Positions 18,565 through 28,980 are shown, counted from the first letter of the stretch. The stretch is 64,000 nucleotides of DNA from Candidatus Woesearchaeota archaeon (GCA_002867475.1 PKTL01000049.1:22626-86625); one strand, 5' to 3'. Notes: generated by a model from the sequence alone, not told the origin. Program-made: numbers and translations.

Positions 18565-20486
18565 AGTCAGGGTTTGAACCAAGGGGAGACCAACCAAAAG
18601 CTATAGCTAAAATAATTGATGGACTAGGTAAAGGTTTTGATAAGCAAACTCTTCTAGGAGTAACTGGTAGTGGTAAGACTTTCACCATGGCAAATGTTAT
18701 AGCAAATCATAATAAACCAACTTTAGTCCTTGCACATAATAAAACACTTGCTGCTCAATTATATCATGAATTGAAAGAATTCTTCCCAAATAATAGGGTT
18801 GAATATTTTGTTTCATATTATGACTACTATCAACCTGAAAGCTATCTACCAAGAACAGATACATACATTGAGAAGGACATGAGTGTGAATCCAAAGATAG
18901 AACAGATGAGGCTTTCAGCTACTCAAAGCGTCCTAACAAGAAATGATGTAATTATAGTTTCAAGCGTATCATGCATATATGGTTTGGGAGACCCAAAAAA
19001 ATACAATGAGTTCGCGTTCGAACTACAGAAAGGACAAAAGATATCAAGAAAGGACCTATTAAGAAAACTTCTCGGTCAGCAATACGAAAGAAACGATAAG
19101 GAACTTACACCTGGAAAGTTCAGGGTGAAAGGAGATACTATTGATGTGATTCCTGCATATCAAGATGACTTATTACGAATAGAGATGTGGGGGGATGAGA
19201 TAGAGAAGATAAGTTTCATCGATCCTTTTGATTTCGTAACAAAGGAAAAATTAGATTACTATTACCTTTTTCCAGCAAGACATTTCGTAACAGATGAAGA
19301 ATCGAAAGAATACGCATTACAAAAGATATCTGAAGAACTTGAAGATGAACTTCCAAAAATTGAAGATGAACTAGTAGCTCATAGATTGAAACAACGTATA
19401 ACTTATGATATGGAGATGATTCAAGAGATTGGTCACTGCAAAGGTATAGAAAACTATAGCAGGCATTTTGATAAAAGAGAAGCTGGAGAACCACCAAAAT
19501 GCTTACTCAATTATTTTCCAGAAGATTTCTTGTTCATTATAGATGAAAGTCATCAGACAATTCCACAGATACATGGGATGTATAAGGGTGACAGAAGCAG
19601 GAAGCAAAACTTGATAGATTATGGTTTCAGGTTACCAAGTGCTTTTGACAATAGGCCACTTAAATGGGATGAGTTCAAGTATTACTTGAACAAAGCTATT
19701 TTTGTTTCAGCAACGCCTGCAAACTATGAATTAGATAATAGCAAGCAAATAGTTGAACAAATAATAAGACCAACTGGACTAGTTGATCCAGAAATATATA
19801 AGAGACCAATTAAAGGGCAGATGACTAACTTGATTGGCGAGATAGAAAAAGTTACTAAAAAAGGTTTTAGAACTCTAGTTACAACCTTGACTAAAAGGAT
19901 GGCTGAAGAACTTACTGAATTCTTAAGTGAGAAAGGGATAAGAGTGAGATACTTGCATAGTGAGATTGATACGCTTGAAAGAACAGAGATTATTCGTCAA
20001 TTAAGATCTGGAGATTTTGATGTATTGATAGGTATAAACCTTCTTCGAGAAGGAATCGATATTCCTGAAGTGGCACTCGTCGCCATACTTGACGCAGATA
20101 AGGAAGGATTCCTTCGAAATGAGAGAAGCTTGATACAGATAATTGGAAGAGCAGCGCGTAACTCTGAAGCAAAAGTTATACTTTATATGGATAATGAAAC
20201 TGATTCAATCAAAGCAGCGATAAATGAGACGAACAGAAGAAGAGAGATTCAGATAAAATATAATAAGGATAATAATATTATTCCAAAAACAATAATCAAA
20301 CCAATAAAAGAAGCAGAAGTAGAATTGAAAGACATAAACCATATTGCAAAGAATGATATTCCTGAAATGATCGAAAGCTTGACAGAACAGATGAACAAAG
20401 CAGCAGATGACCTGAATTTTGAGGCTGCAATTTTTTTACGTGACAAGATTGATAAGTTGAAGAAAAGAGCCAATAAAAAAGATTAA
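18540..20486 (+). CDS. uvrB: excinuclease ABC subunit B
   Basis: '[10 protein letters not shown]', 'DESH', helicase motifs 'REGIDIPEV' and 'QIIGRAAR', and a C-terminal UVR motif '[14 protein letters not shown]'. Confidence 0.95.
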   Translation: MDKEKFQLKSGFEPRGDQPKAIAKIIDGLGKGFDKQTLLGVTGSGKTFTMANVIANHNKPTLVLAHNKTLAAQLYHELKEFFPNNRVEYFVSYYDYYQPESYLPRTDTYIEKDMSVNPKIEQMRLSATQSVLTRNDVIIVSSVSCIYGLGDPKKYNEFAFELQKGQKISRKDLLRKLLGQQYERNDKELTPGKFRVKGDTIDVIPAYQDDLLRIEMWGDEIEKISFIDPFDFVTKEKLDYYYLFPARHFVTDEESKEYALQKISEELEDELPKIEDELVAHRLKQRITYDMEMIQEIGHCKGIENYSRHFDKREAGEPPKCLLNYFPEDFLFIIDESHQTIPQIHGMYKGDRSRKQNLIDYGFRLPSAFDNRPLKWDEFKYYLNKAIFVSATPANYELDNSKQIVEQIIRPTGLVDPEIYKRPIKGQMTNLIGEIEKVTKKGFRTLVTTLTKRMAEELTEFLSEKGIRVRYLHSEIDTLERTEIIRQLRSGDFDVLIGINLLREGIDIPEVALVAILDADKEGFLRNERSLIQIIGRAARNSEAKVILYMDNETDSIKAAINETNRRREIQIKYNKDNNIIPKTIIKPIKEAEVELKDINHIAKNDIPEMIESLTEQMNKAADDLNFEAAIFLRDKIDKLKKRANKKD

Positions 20487-20630
20487 TTTTGATAATTTTT
20501 TTTATTTCTAATTTTATTTAATTAAATAAAAACTTTTTAAATACTTTAAACATTCGTTTAATTCCTTTATAGTATAAAAAGCTATATTCGTCGTGGGAAA
20601 AATGCATAGATCGATTGGGGGATTGATAAT

Positions 20631-23600
20631 ATGAGAAAAATAACACTATTAATGATATTAACAATAATTGCTACACTATCAAGTTTTACAGTTGCAGGAA
20701 TCATATGTGAAGATCCGTTTGACTCGGACTGTGATACTATAAATGATACATTGGATAACTGTCCATTTATCTATAATATTAATCAAGCAGACACAGATGG
20801 TGATGGCGTTGGAGACGTTTGTGATAATTGCCCATTAACTGCGAATACTAATCAAGCAGATGCTGATGGTGATGGTGTTGGTGACGTTTGTGATAATTGT
20901 CCAGCAGCATTCAATGACGATCAAGCTGATGGTGATGGTGATGGTGTTGGTGATGTATGTGATAATTGTCCTTCAAATGCAAATACAAATCAATCCGATT
21001 CTGATTCTGATGGTGTTGGTGATGTATGTGATAACTGTGTTGAAACCTTTAATCCCACTCAAACAGATTTGAACCTTGATGGAACAGGAGATATTTGCGA
21101 AGAAGGAGTCTGCGGTGGAGATGTCCCTTGTGAATGCGGTGATACTCTTATAGGTTCTAGAATTTTAAATGGTGATGATTCTCTTTCAAATTGTGAAGAA
21201 GCAGCTTTAATAATAGGCTATGATAACTTAACTCTTGATTGTAATGGGACTATTCTTAGCAATGGGTCAAGTGTAGGTATTAATATTTTTCATGTTGATG
21301 GAACATCCATTTTTGATTGTGAAGTAAAAGAATTTACAACAGGAATTCTAGTCAATAGCGCAGAGGATACTTTAGTTCAAGGAAATGTTGTAGCAAATAA
21401 TACTGATAGAGGAATCGCGGTTGTGTTTGGTGATAGCGTTACAGTAAGCCAAAATATTATTGGAGGAAATTATAATGATGGATTGTATGTTGGTGACTCA
21501 GTTGGCGTTGCAGTAACAGATAACGAAATTTTTTATAACGGTGCTGGGCTGATGTTTGATGCAAACATACCTGTTTCAAATCATTTAATCCAAGGAAATT
21601 ATATTCACAATAATGAAAATAGTAATTTAGAAATCTTCAATGAAGATGATATAACTATAACTGAAAATGTTATTGAATGCGAAGCAGATATTGCAGGTAT
21701 CTATATAGAAGCTTCATATGATATTGAAATATATGATAATGAGATATCAAAATGTTTTGAAGGAATTGACATTGAAGAATCTTGGGATATTGATGTAACT
21801 GAAGATTTGAGCGATAACATTATAGGATTATATGTTGGTGAGTCAGGATGGCAGGATGCAATAAACCCAGAGATAAGAGTCACTGATTCAAGTATACACA
21901 ATAATTGTATAGGATTATATGCTATGGGTGGAAGCTATGTGGATGTGATATATTCAGATTTTATTGAAAACAGAAACTACACTTATAATGATGGTCTTGA
22001 TTGTATTGATGCACTTGATTCCTCATTGACAGGAGGAATTCGTTCATTAGATTCAACTGTTGATGTTACAAACGGAAACTTTGTAAATAATGGAGATCAA
22101 GGACCAAGTGTCATAACACCTATAGGTATGTATGATGAAATTGGAGATACTATAAGTTGGACAGTAAATGAATCAGTTAATTGTATCAATAACACTATTT
22201 GGATTTATGGTGACTTAATAGGTCTTCCAAATATAGAAAGAATCAATTGCCCATTATATGTCGATGAAGAAAAGCCTATTGGTGTTGTTGGTGTTGATCT
22301 TGTTTATCCAAATACTAACCTGTCAGTAATACAAAAGACATTTTTTAATTTCACAGTAAATGTAACTTGTAGCGATGAAGGTGATTGTGGAAACGTAACT
22401 GTAGCACTTGACCCACCTACAGATGAATGCTATGGTGGATGTGTAGAAATAGAAATCAATGGGGGAGTAGTACTTATGGATTCGATTCCACGAACAGGTT
22501 ATTTCACATATGAATCTGCAAGAAACACTTGTTTGGATCTTGGAGGAGATATGACAAATTTTGATGAAAGTTATGCGTGGGTATATTGGAATGGTCAAAG
22601 TAGTTTTGATATACCTTATTATTCATATGATCCAAGTTCAGGTCTTTGTGAAGCTAATCCAGCATGGGGTTATGATGCGTGCTGTGCTATAGAGATGGAT
22701 CATGGATTTGGATGGCACGACCTTTATGGATGCACTTGCCATGATTGCCCAAGCACAATAGAAGAATCAATACCTAGCTTTGGATATGTCTGTGCATATA
22801 GGAATAAAGGAATAATATCAATGAATACAAGTGAGACGCCATTCTATACAACAACACAAAACCCAATGGGTGCAAACTATTTTGAATGCCTTTCAATGTA
22901 TGCGGGAGACCTTTGTCAAGTAACTTGGGAAGTCAACCCGACAGGAACACATAATTCAGAATATGATTTCTATGTGTTATATAATTCAACAGAAGATTCA
23001 GAACAAAAAGAATCTGATAAGGTAAAGATAAAGATAATCGATTTAGATTTCGATGATGATGGTGTGTTAAATGATGTTGATAATTGTATAAATACACCTA
23101 ACACAAACCAATCAAATAGGGATGGTGATGAACTAGGAGATGCATGTGATAACTGCGATTTAGTAACTAATCCTGATCAAGCAGATTTTGATGATGATGG
23201 AATAGGAAATAAATGTGACTATGAGGATTGGTGTGGAGAAGGATATGGAGAATGTGATTGTGGCGATTTAGTAAAATCAGATGTATTACTTGAAAATCAT
23301 CTTTATTGTGATGATACAGCTTTATACATTTTTTCAGATGATATGACTCTAGATTGTGATGGTTATAGAATCATTGGAGATTATGATGATTATGGTATAT
23401 ATCTAGAAGGTTATACAGGAGTAACTATACAGAATTGTATAATTTCTGAATTTGACACTGGAATATATATGGATGGTGATAATTATACAGTTACTATAAA
23501 AGACAATGAGATCTATGACAATGATTATGGAAGCATATTTGGAATGGCAGAGACTAATCTTATAGCAACAATAACTGGAAATTACATAACTGGAGAAGAT

Positions 23601-25895
23601 GATGATGGTTGTGGGCCTGAAGATCCAGGCGGTGCAATAAGGCTTCAAGGAAAAAATGATAGCCTATCAATAATAACAGCGACTTTGACAAATAATGTGA
23701 TAGAATATGATGAAGGTGGGGCTGTAAGAATAGGATGGAGTAATGAAGGAGCAACATCTAAAGAGACTTACGTTGATTTCTTTAGCAACAATATTAGAAG
23801 TTTTGATTATGAAGGTGACGGTTCACCTATAAGATTAAATGCTATTGAATATATAGATGCTGATATAAGAAATAATGAGGTTCGAGGTGAAGGAACTGAA
23901 GATGCTTGTCCAAGCGCTATAGGATTTACACCTGATGGTGGAGATGAAACTGTATATAACATAAAATTAACACTTTTAGGAAATACATTTAGAAATATTC
24001 CAGGTTTAAAGGTTATAGCACTTGATAATATAGATGCAGAAATAAGGGACAATACCTTCGATAGGGTGTTAACTCCATTTAGGTTAGGATTCTGCAGCTC
24101 TTTTGAACCAGTAGAAAACTTGACCGCAATAGTTAGCGGAAATGATTTCTATGATATTGAAGGTGGATCTATAGTTGCAAGATCTGTTGGTTCAACAGAT
24201 ATGAAAGCATATAACAACTATATAGACTACACTAGAGGTGGAGGTAGAGGAGCAATAGAAGCATACAGTGAAGGATTCACAAACGCAGAAATATATGATA
24301 ATACAATCATAAATTCAGGCCATAATAATGCGATATGGGTTGAAGGTGAAGATATAGGAACTGTAAATGTATATAGAAATAATGTTCAATCTTTTATTGA
24401 AGAATATTGTGATTATAGTGACTGCACTATGAAAAGAGCATTCTATATGTATGGAAATGAAGATAATGAATCAGATATAAACATATATGATAACGAGTTT
24501 TCCATGAGTGGATATGGTATGCATCTTGAATCTGTGTTCGGTGCTGTATTATCAAATAATGATATACAGAATAATTGTGAAGGAATTTATCTTGATAGTT
24601 CAGAAGTCACAATTGAAGATACAGATTTCATAGGAAATAATCCTGAAGAATTAGGATTCTGTGAAGGAGGAGATACTACAGGGCTCTATGTTAGTGGTGA
24701 CTCAATAGCATATCTAAAGAATAGCAATTTTGCAAACAATGGAGAATATGGGCTGCTTGACGAAGGACCCTTCTCAGTATATTGGAGTTTGTATAAAGAT
24801 GTAAGTTGTATAAATAATGACGCATTTTTCTACGGATGGTTAATTCCATTTGGAGGAAGCATAACAACAGAAAATTGTACAATAACAATAAGAAGTGATG
24901 AGATAGAATTTGAGCACGTGCTTAATACATCTAATGGGGAAAGCGGTGCAGTTGGCTTTGATCTAGATATGGAAAATGGAAGTGGTATAGTCGGTGGAAA
25001 AGACCAAGGTATAGAACTTGAAATCCATGCAGAAGAAAGTAAAAATGAAGGAATAGAAGTTATTTTCTATAATGAAAACCCAGGAAATGACACTTATGAC
25101 TTTAAAGCATTTGGAAAATGGGTTGATGTAAACACCCCAACTGATTTAAATCTTTCATACTGGATACTTAAATTGTATTACACAGATGAAGAACTTGTAA
25201 AATCAGGAATCCCTGAAGAAACATTGTTGATTGAATATTTCAATGAAACAAGTGAATCTTGGGAGAAATATGAAACTCCAAGAGGTGGTGTAAATACTGC
25301 AGAGAATTATGTTTGGGCAAATATAACTCACTTTAGTATTTTTGGCCTATTTGGTAGCGAACCAACCTGTAGTGATGGAGTGCTTAACCAGGATGAAGTG
25401 GGAGTAGATTGTGGAGGTGTCTGTGGAGGATATTGGTATGATGATTCATGTCATACTAGTCCTAAAACCACTTCAAGTGGTGGATCTTCAGGAGGAACAA
25501 CTTGTTCAATAATAAGTGACAATTGTACAGAATGGTCAGAGTGTTCATCTGATGGTACAAGATCAAAATCTTGCACATATGAAGATTGTCCAACATCATC
25601 TACAGAGGTAAGTGAAGAATGCATTTATATAGAAAATACACCTGGAGATATATCTGATCCATCAGAAGGAGATGATGACCTTCAGAAAAAGATTGATGAT
25701 GCTAAAGAGCAAGTAAAGCAATTAACTGAAGAAGAATCGCCTGAAGGTGAAGACGAAGAAAGATCTAATCTGCTTACAGGACAAGTTGTAGGTGGAGAAG
25801 GATCAGGAAGTTTAATGCCTGTTTGGATAGTATTATTCATTCTTGGAATCGCTATAGTTGGAAGCGTAGGTTATTTCTGGTTCATCAAGAAATAA
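20631..25895 (+). CDS. giant cell-surface protein (TSP3-like Ca-binding repeats, beta-helix repeats, CTLD-like insert, C-terminal TM anchor)
   Basis: Signal peptide. DxDxDGxGDxCDNC repeats at aa 31-157 and 804-864. Two long runs of PbH1-like 'N.I..N..GI.l' beta-helix repeats. Cys-rich modules, an acidic linker and the TM helix 'VWIVLFILGIAIVGSVGYFWF'. Confidence 0.85.
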   Translation: MRKITLLMILTIIATLSSFTVAGIICEDPFDSDCDTINDTLDNCPFIYNINQADTDGDGVGDVCDNCPLTANTNQADADGDGVGDVCDNCPAAFNDDQADGDGDGVGDVCDNCPSNANTNQSDSDSDGVGDVCDNCVETFNPTQTDLNLDGTGDICEEGVCGGDVPCECGDTLIGSRILNGDDSLSNCEEAALIIGYDNLTLDCNGTILSNGSSVGINIFHVDGTSIFDCEVKEFTTGILVNSAEDTLVQGNVVANNTDRGIAVVFGDSVTVSQNIIGGNYNDGLYVGDSVGVAVTDNEIFYNGAGLMFDANIPVSNHLIQGNYIHNNENSNLEIFNEDDITITENVIECEADIAGIYIEASYDIEIYDNEISKCFEGIDIEESWDIDVTEDLSDNIIGLYVGESGWQDAINPEIRVTDSSIHNNCIGLYAMGGSYVDVIYSDFIENRNYTYNDGLDCIDALDSSLTGGIRSLDSTVDVTNGNFVNNGDQGPSVITPIGMYDEIGDTISWTVNESVNCINNTIWIYGDLIGLPNIERINCPLYVDEEKPIGVVGVDLVYPNTNLSVIQKTFFNFTVNVTCSDEGDCGNVTVALDPPTDECYGGCVEIEINGGVVLMDSIPRTGYFTYESARNTCLDLGGDMTNFDESYAWVYWNGQSSFDIPYYSYDPSSGLCEANPAWGYDACCAIEMDHGFGWHDLYGCTCHDCPSTIEESIPSFGYVCAYRNKGIISMNTSETPFYTTTQNPMGANYFECLSMYAGDLCQVTWEVNPTGTHNSEYDFYVLYNSTEDSEQKESDKVKIKIIDLDFDDDGVLNDVDNCINTPNTNQSNRDGDELGDACDNCDLVTNPDQADFDDDGIGNKCDYEDWCGEGYGECDCGDLVKSDVLLENHLYCDDTALYIFSDDMTLDCDGYRIIGDYDDYGIYLEGYTGVTIQNCIISEFDTGIYMDGDNYTVTIKDNEIYDNDYGSIFGMAETNLIATITGNYITGEDDDGCGPEDPGGAIRLQGKNDSLSIITATLTNNVIEYDEGGAVRIGWSNEGATSKETYVDFFSNNIRSFDYEGDGSPIRLNAIEYIDADIRNNEVRGEGTEDACPSAIGFTPDGGDETVYNIKLTLLGNTFRNIPGLKVIALDNIDAEIRDNTFDRVLTPFRLGFCSSFEPVENLTAIVSGNDFYDIEGGSIVARSVGSTDMKAYNNYIDYTRGGGRGAIEAYSEGFTNAEIYDNTIINSGHNNAIWVEGEDIGTVNVYRNNVQSFIEEYCDYSDCTMKRAFYMYGNEDNESDINIYDNEFSMSGYGMHLESVFGAVLSNNDIQNNCEGIYLDSSEVTIEDTDFIGNNPEELGFCEGGDTTGLYVSGDSIAYLKNSNFANNGEYGLLDEGPFSVYWSLYKDVSCINNDAFFYGWLIPFGGSITTENCTITIRSDEIEFEHVLNTSNGESGAVGFDLDMENGSGIVGGKDQGIELEIHAEESKNEGIEVIFYNENPGNDTYDFKAFGKWVDVNTPTDLNLSYWILKLYYTDEELVKSGIPEETLLIEYFNETSESWEKYETPRGGVNTAENYVWANITHFSIFGLFGSEPTCSDGVLNQDEVGVDCGGVCGGYWYDDSCHTSPKTTSSGGSSGGTTCSIISDNCTEWSECSSDGTRSKSCTYEDCPTSSTEVSEECIYIENTPGDISDPSEGDDDLQKKIDDAKEQVKQLTEEESPEGEDEERSNLLTGQVVGGEGSGSLMPVWIVLFILGIAIVGSVGYFWFIKK
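20721..21101 (+). repeat. in-frame 69-bp tandem repeat (5.5 units) encoding 23-aa TSP3-like units
   Basis: Units start at 20721, 20790, 20859, 20928, 20997 and 21066. Central units are near-identical at DNA level (gatggtgatggtgttggtga[ct]gt[at]tgtgataattg). Confidence 0.9.
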
Positions 25896-25939
25896 TTTAT
25901 TTTTATTTTCTTTTTTTTTAGAATATTCTATTAAATAAA

Positions 25940-26275
25940 TCAATTATTATAATATGCATCGCCAGTAGTTATATTTTCATATTCTTCTATTAAATAGGTG
26001 GGCATTAAGCGACTTCCTGTTTCTTTTATCAGGTCAATTAGAATTATTGGATCTGGTTTTCCATCGGGATTATATGCAACGATTGTGCCTTTTTTTGCTG
26101 AATGAAAATATTTTTTATTTTCATCTAATATGTTTTCAGCTAATTTTAGAACTTTATCTTTAATATCATTTCCTGAATTAATTCTTAATAATTCTTCTAG
26201 TTTTTCTGGATTGAAATTTGGATTCTTTCTTGCTTTTTCTAATAAATCTAGATCTAATGCGCCTCTAATTATAAT
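25940..26275 (-). CDS. hypothetical protein without canonical start (111 open codons)
   Basis: My own reverse-strand translation gives 'IIIRGALDLDLLEKARKNPNF...GDAYYNN*', with no ATG/GTG/TTG before codon 91. It is absent from the track. It is preceded by GGGTGA, which is either a Shine-Dalgarno or an in-frame TGA after ATG 26293. Confidence 0.45.
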   Translation of the reverse strand: MIIRGALDLDLLEKARKNPNFNPEKLEELLRINSGNDIKDKVLKLAENILDENKKYFHSAKKGTIVAYNPDGKPDPIILIDLIKETGSRLMPTYLIEEYENITTGDAYYNN

Positions 26276-26339
26276 TCACCCTAAAGGAATCATAAGTTTA
26301 CAACTATATAAATATTTCTAAGAATCTCATAAAGTATTA

Positions 26340-26453
26340 TTTAGATTATTTTACCCTACTTTGTTTTGTTAAAAACAACAAAACTCTCGTCGTGCCAGCT
26401 ACATTTATAATAAATATAGCTAATATAGGCGGCGACGGTTAAAATAATCTAAA
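26340..26453. ncRNA. candidate structured RNA (or MITE-like inverted-repeat element); strand undetermined
   Basis: 16-bp closing helix, 26340-26355 with 26437-26453 (one bulge). It encloses hairpin 26363-26384 (8 bp) and a roughly 20-bp composite hairpin at 26388-26437 with a GC-rich base (CGTCG/CGACG) in AT-rich DNA. Confidence 0.35.
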
Positions 26454-26497
26454 GAAATTATATAAAATAAAAAATAAGAAGAATTTAATCTTCTAGA

Positions 26498-26977
26498 TTA
26501 ATCATCTAATGCTTCCTCATCACCTTCACGCCTGATAACTTTTATAGCATCAAGCTTCAAAGTGATAGGAATAGGAACTGCTGTTTCAAGTAATTCAACA
26601 ACAACTTCTTCTTTAGACTGATCGACACGAGATATCTTTGCTTTCTCCCTCTTGAATGGTCCACTAATGATTTCAGCAATATCATTCTTACGGATATCAA
26701 TCTCTTTTTTGACCTGTTCGATCATGTGTTCAATCTCATTGTATCCAACCTCTTTAGGAAGGACTCCTCTAGCATAAGGTATATTAAATGCTGCTTGTTC
26801 AGCATCAGTTCTAGTAGCTGCCTCAACAAAGATATATCCTCTCATGCCATGAGGTCTTATAACTGAATATACTTCTAATTTTTTCTTTTCAGCATTACTG
26901 CTAAGAAATATCTGAACTTGATCTTCTCTGTTAGCAGTAGTTCTTACTGCAAATAACTTATTATTTTCCATACTCAT
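26498..26977 (-). CDS. spt5: transcription elongation factor Spt5/NusG
   Basis: NGN domain 'LFAVRTTANREDQV...GYIFVEA' plus the KOW motif 'GPFKREKAKISRVD'. Lies immediately downstream of secE. Confidence 0.9.
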   Translation of the reverse strand: MSMENNKLFAVRTTANREDQVQIFLSSNAEKKKLEVYSVIRPHGMRGYIFVEAATRTDAEQAAFNIPYARGVLPKEVGYNEIEHMIEQVKKEIDIRKNDIAEIISGPFKREKAKISRVDQSKEEVVVELLETAVPIPITLKLDAIKVIRREGDEEALDD

Positions 26978-26984
26978 CTTACTT

Positions 26985-27152
26985 CTACCCCAAAAAGGTT
27001 TGCTTTATCAAGGTTATAAAAAATCCAATAAGTCCAATAGCCATGATTCCAAGTCCTGAAACTTTAACTATTGTTACGTACTCTTGTTTGGTTGGTTTTT
27101 TTGTAACCCTTAGAACCCTTCTTGATTCCATTATGAATTCTTTCAATCCCAT
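26985..27152 (-). CDS. secE: preprotein translocase subunit SecE/Sec61-gamma
   Basis: 55-aa ORF below the track cutoff: 'MGLKEFIMESRRVLRVTKKPTKQEYVTIVKVSGLGIMAIGLIGFFITLIKQTFLG'. Has the conserved basic region plus a single TM helix. It sits at the canonical position between ftsZ and spt5. Confidence 0.78.
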   Translation of the reverse strand: MGLKEFIMESRRVLRVTKKPTKQEYVTIVKVSGLGIMAIGLIGFFITLIKQTFLG

Positions 27153-27167
27153 TTTTTAATATTTAAT

Positions 27168-28283
27168 TTAATCAACAAACTCTATTCCAAGTTCGTTTTC
27201 AAATTCTTTCTTGTTTATATTTTTAGTAGTTTTTCTGTTGCCAAATATTTGATTGCTTTTGACACCAGTAACTATAAGCATCACACGAAGACTACCTTCA
27301 AGATCTTCAGTGATTTGTGCACCCCAAATTATTCTTGCATCATCATCAAGTCTTGTAGATATAGCTTCAACAACTTCCTTAGCTTCAGTAAGTGTCATAT
27401 CACTTCCTCCACTAACATTGATAAGCGCCCCACTAGATCCTGTGATGTCAACATCAAGCAAAGGATTATGTATTGCTTTTTCAACTGCTTCCATAGCTCT
27501 ATTTTCAGTGTCTGATTCACCAACACCAATGAGTGCGACTCCTCCATTACCCATTACAGCTCTTATATCTGCAAAGTCTAGGTTTACAAGGCCTGCTTTG
27601 GTTACAAGTTCTGCAATTCCTTTAACAGCATTTGTAAGTATTTCATCAGCAACTTTGAATGCGGTGTGAAGTGGTAAATCTGGTGCTAGTTCTAATAATT
27701 TATCATTAGGTATAACTATAAGTGTGTCAACAATCTCTTCCATCTTTTCAAGACCAAGGATAGCATTTTCATATCTTTTGCCACCTTCCATCTGGAAAGG
27801 GATAGTTACTATTCCAACAGTAAGTGCACCTTGTTTTTTTGCGGTTTCTGCTACAACCGGTGCTGCTCCAGTACCTGTTCCTCCTCCAAGACCACAAGTG
27901 ATGAAAATAAGATCTGCACCAACAAGGCTTTGCTTTATTTCAACTTCAGATTCTCTTGCTGAATCCTCACCAATCTTAGGATTAGCTCCAGCACCAAGGC
28001 CTTGAGTGACTTCACGTCCAATAAGAATCTTTTTATCAGCAGTAGTATAAAGAAGGTCTTGAGCGTCAGTATTAACTGCAACTGTTTCAGCACCAACAAT
28101 GCCTACTTCTGCAATCCTATTTATAGTATTGTTACCACCGCCACCACAACCAACAACTTTGATCATAGCTTTGTGTTTTTTTAAGAGCTCTTCTAGCTCT
28201 TCATCAAGAACATTCTTTGGTTTATTTGAATCCACTTCTGTTTCCTTTGCTTTGGCCTTAGCATTATTAATAAAACTATCCAT
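27168..28283 (-). CDS. ftsZ: cell division protein FtsZ
   Basis: 'GCGGGGNN' and the tubulin signature '[13 protein letters not shown]'. AGGTGAGGTG Shine-Dalgarno lies 6 nt before the ATG at 28283; the track ORF starts at GTG 28328. Confidence 0.95.
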   Translation of the reverse strand: MDSFINNAKAKAKETEVDSNKPKNVLDEELEELLKKHKAMIKVVGCGGGGNNTINRIAEVGIVGAETVAVNTDAQDLLYTTADKKILIGREVTQGLGAGANPKIGEDSARESEVEIKQSLVGADLIFITCGLGGGTGTGAAPVVAETAKKQGALTVGIVTIPFQMEGGKRYENAILGLEKMEEIVDTLIVIPNDKLLELAPDLPLHTAFKVADEILTNAVKGIAELVTKAGLVNLDFADIRAVMGNGGVALIGVGESDTENRAMEAVEKAIHNPLLDVDITGSSGALINVSGGSDMTLTEAKEVVEAISTRLDDDARIIWGAQITEDLEGSLRVMLIVTGVKSNQIFGNRKTTKNINKKEFENELGIEFVD

Positions 28284-28341
28284 ATATGACACCTCACCTG
28301 AGTATACTAACTTATACTCGGGAAACACTAGTATTTAAATC

Positions 28342-28980
28342 TTACTTGTAGCTCACCTTTTTTATCTTTGGAACAACTTCTAATATTTTTTTAGTTATGA
28401 CTTCCTGAAACGGTTCAGGAATCTTGCTCTTGATAACTGCTTCATCTTCTTTTAGTTCAGTTTCTGCTTTTCCAAGATTAAGAGTCAGTTCTAAAAGAGA
28501 ATCGAGCTGTTCTTTAGCATCATCAACTTTTCTAATGATTTCAATATCATATGAAACATCTTTACTTGCAAGAGGGTGATTGAAGTCGACAAGTGTTCTT
28601 CCTCCATTGATACTTCTTATTATTCCATATTGGCCATCAATTTGAACTTCTAAACCAACAAAATGATTAATATTTTGCTGCTTAAATATGTTTGTAGGCA
28701 CAAGCTTTATGAGCTTAGCATCTTTTTTACCAAAAGCATCTTTTGCTTCAACCTCAAATGAATATTTTTTACTCACTTCTTTTCCAATAATCTGATCATC
28801 AAGACCCTTTATTAGTTGTCTTTCTCCAACGCATATAATTACAGACTTATAGCCCATTTTAGGATTATAGATTCCACTATCTTTTGCAATCTTTTCATCA
28901 GTCGTATCAAAGACTGCTTCATTATCTTTTATTTTTCCTGTATAGTTCACTTCTATAAAATCATGTGTTTTAACCATCAT
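28342..28980 (-). CDS. FKBP-type peptidyl-prolyl cis-trans isomerase (SlyD-like, with insert-in-flap)
   Basis: 'VNYTGKIKDNEAVFDTT', 'VGERQLIKGLDDQIIGKEV' and 'LVDFNHPLASKDVSYDIEI'. Confidence 0.8.
   Translation of the reverse strand: MMVKTHDFIEVNYTGKIKDNEAVFDTTDEKIAKDSGIYNPKMGYKSVIICVGERQLIKGLDDQIIGKEVSKKYSFEVEAKDAFGKKDAKLIKLVPTNIFKQQNINHFVGLEVQIDGQYGIIRSINGGRTLVDFNHPLASKDVSYDIEIIRKVDDAKEQLDSLLELTLNLGKAETELKEDEAVIKSKIPEPFQEVITKKILEVVPKIKKVSYK

Noticed and set aside
20721-21101. The 69-bp tandem repeat as a noncoding satellite or CRISPR-like array.
   Set aside because: It is in frame within the 1754-aa ORF and encodes TSP3-like calcium-binding units. There is no spacer structure.
26340-26453. 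The structured element as a tRNA, a split-tRNA half, or a C/D- or H/ACA-box sRNA.
   Set aside because: I found no T-loop (GTTCRANYC) or D-arm pattern, no RUGAUGA/CUGA boxes, and no convincing ACA box at the right distance. The class is left open rather than forced.
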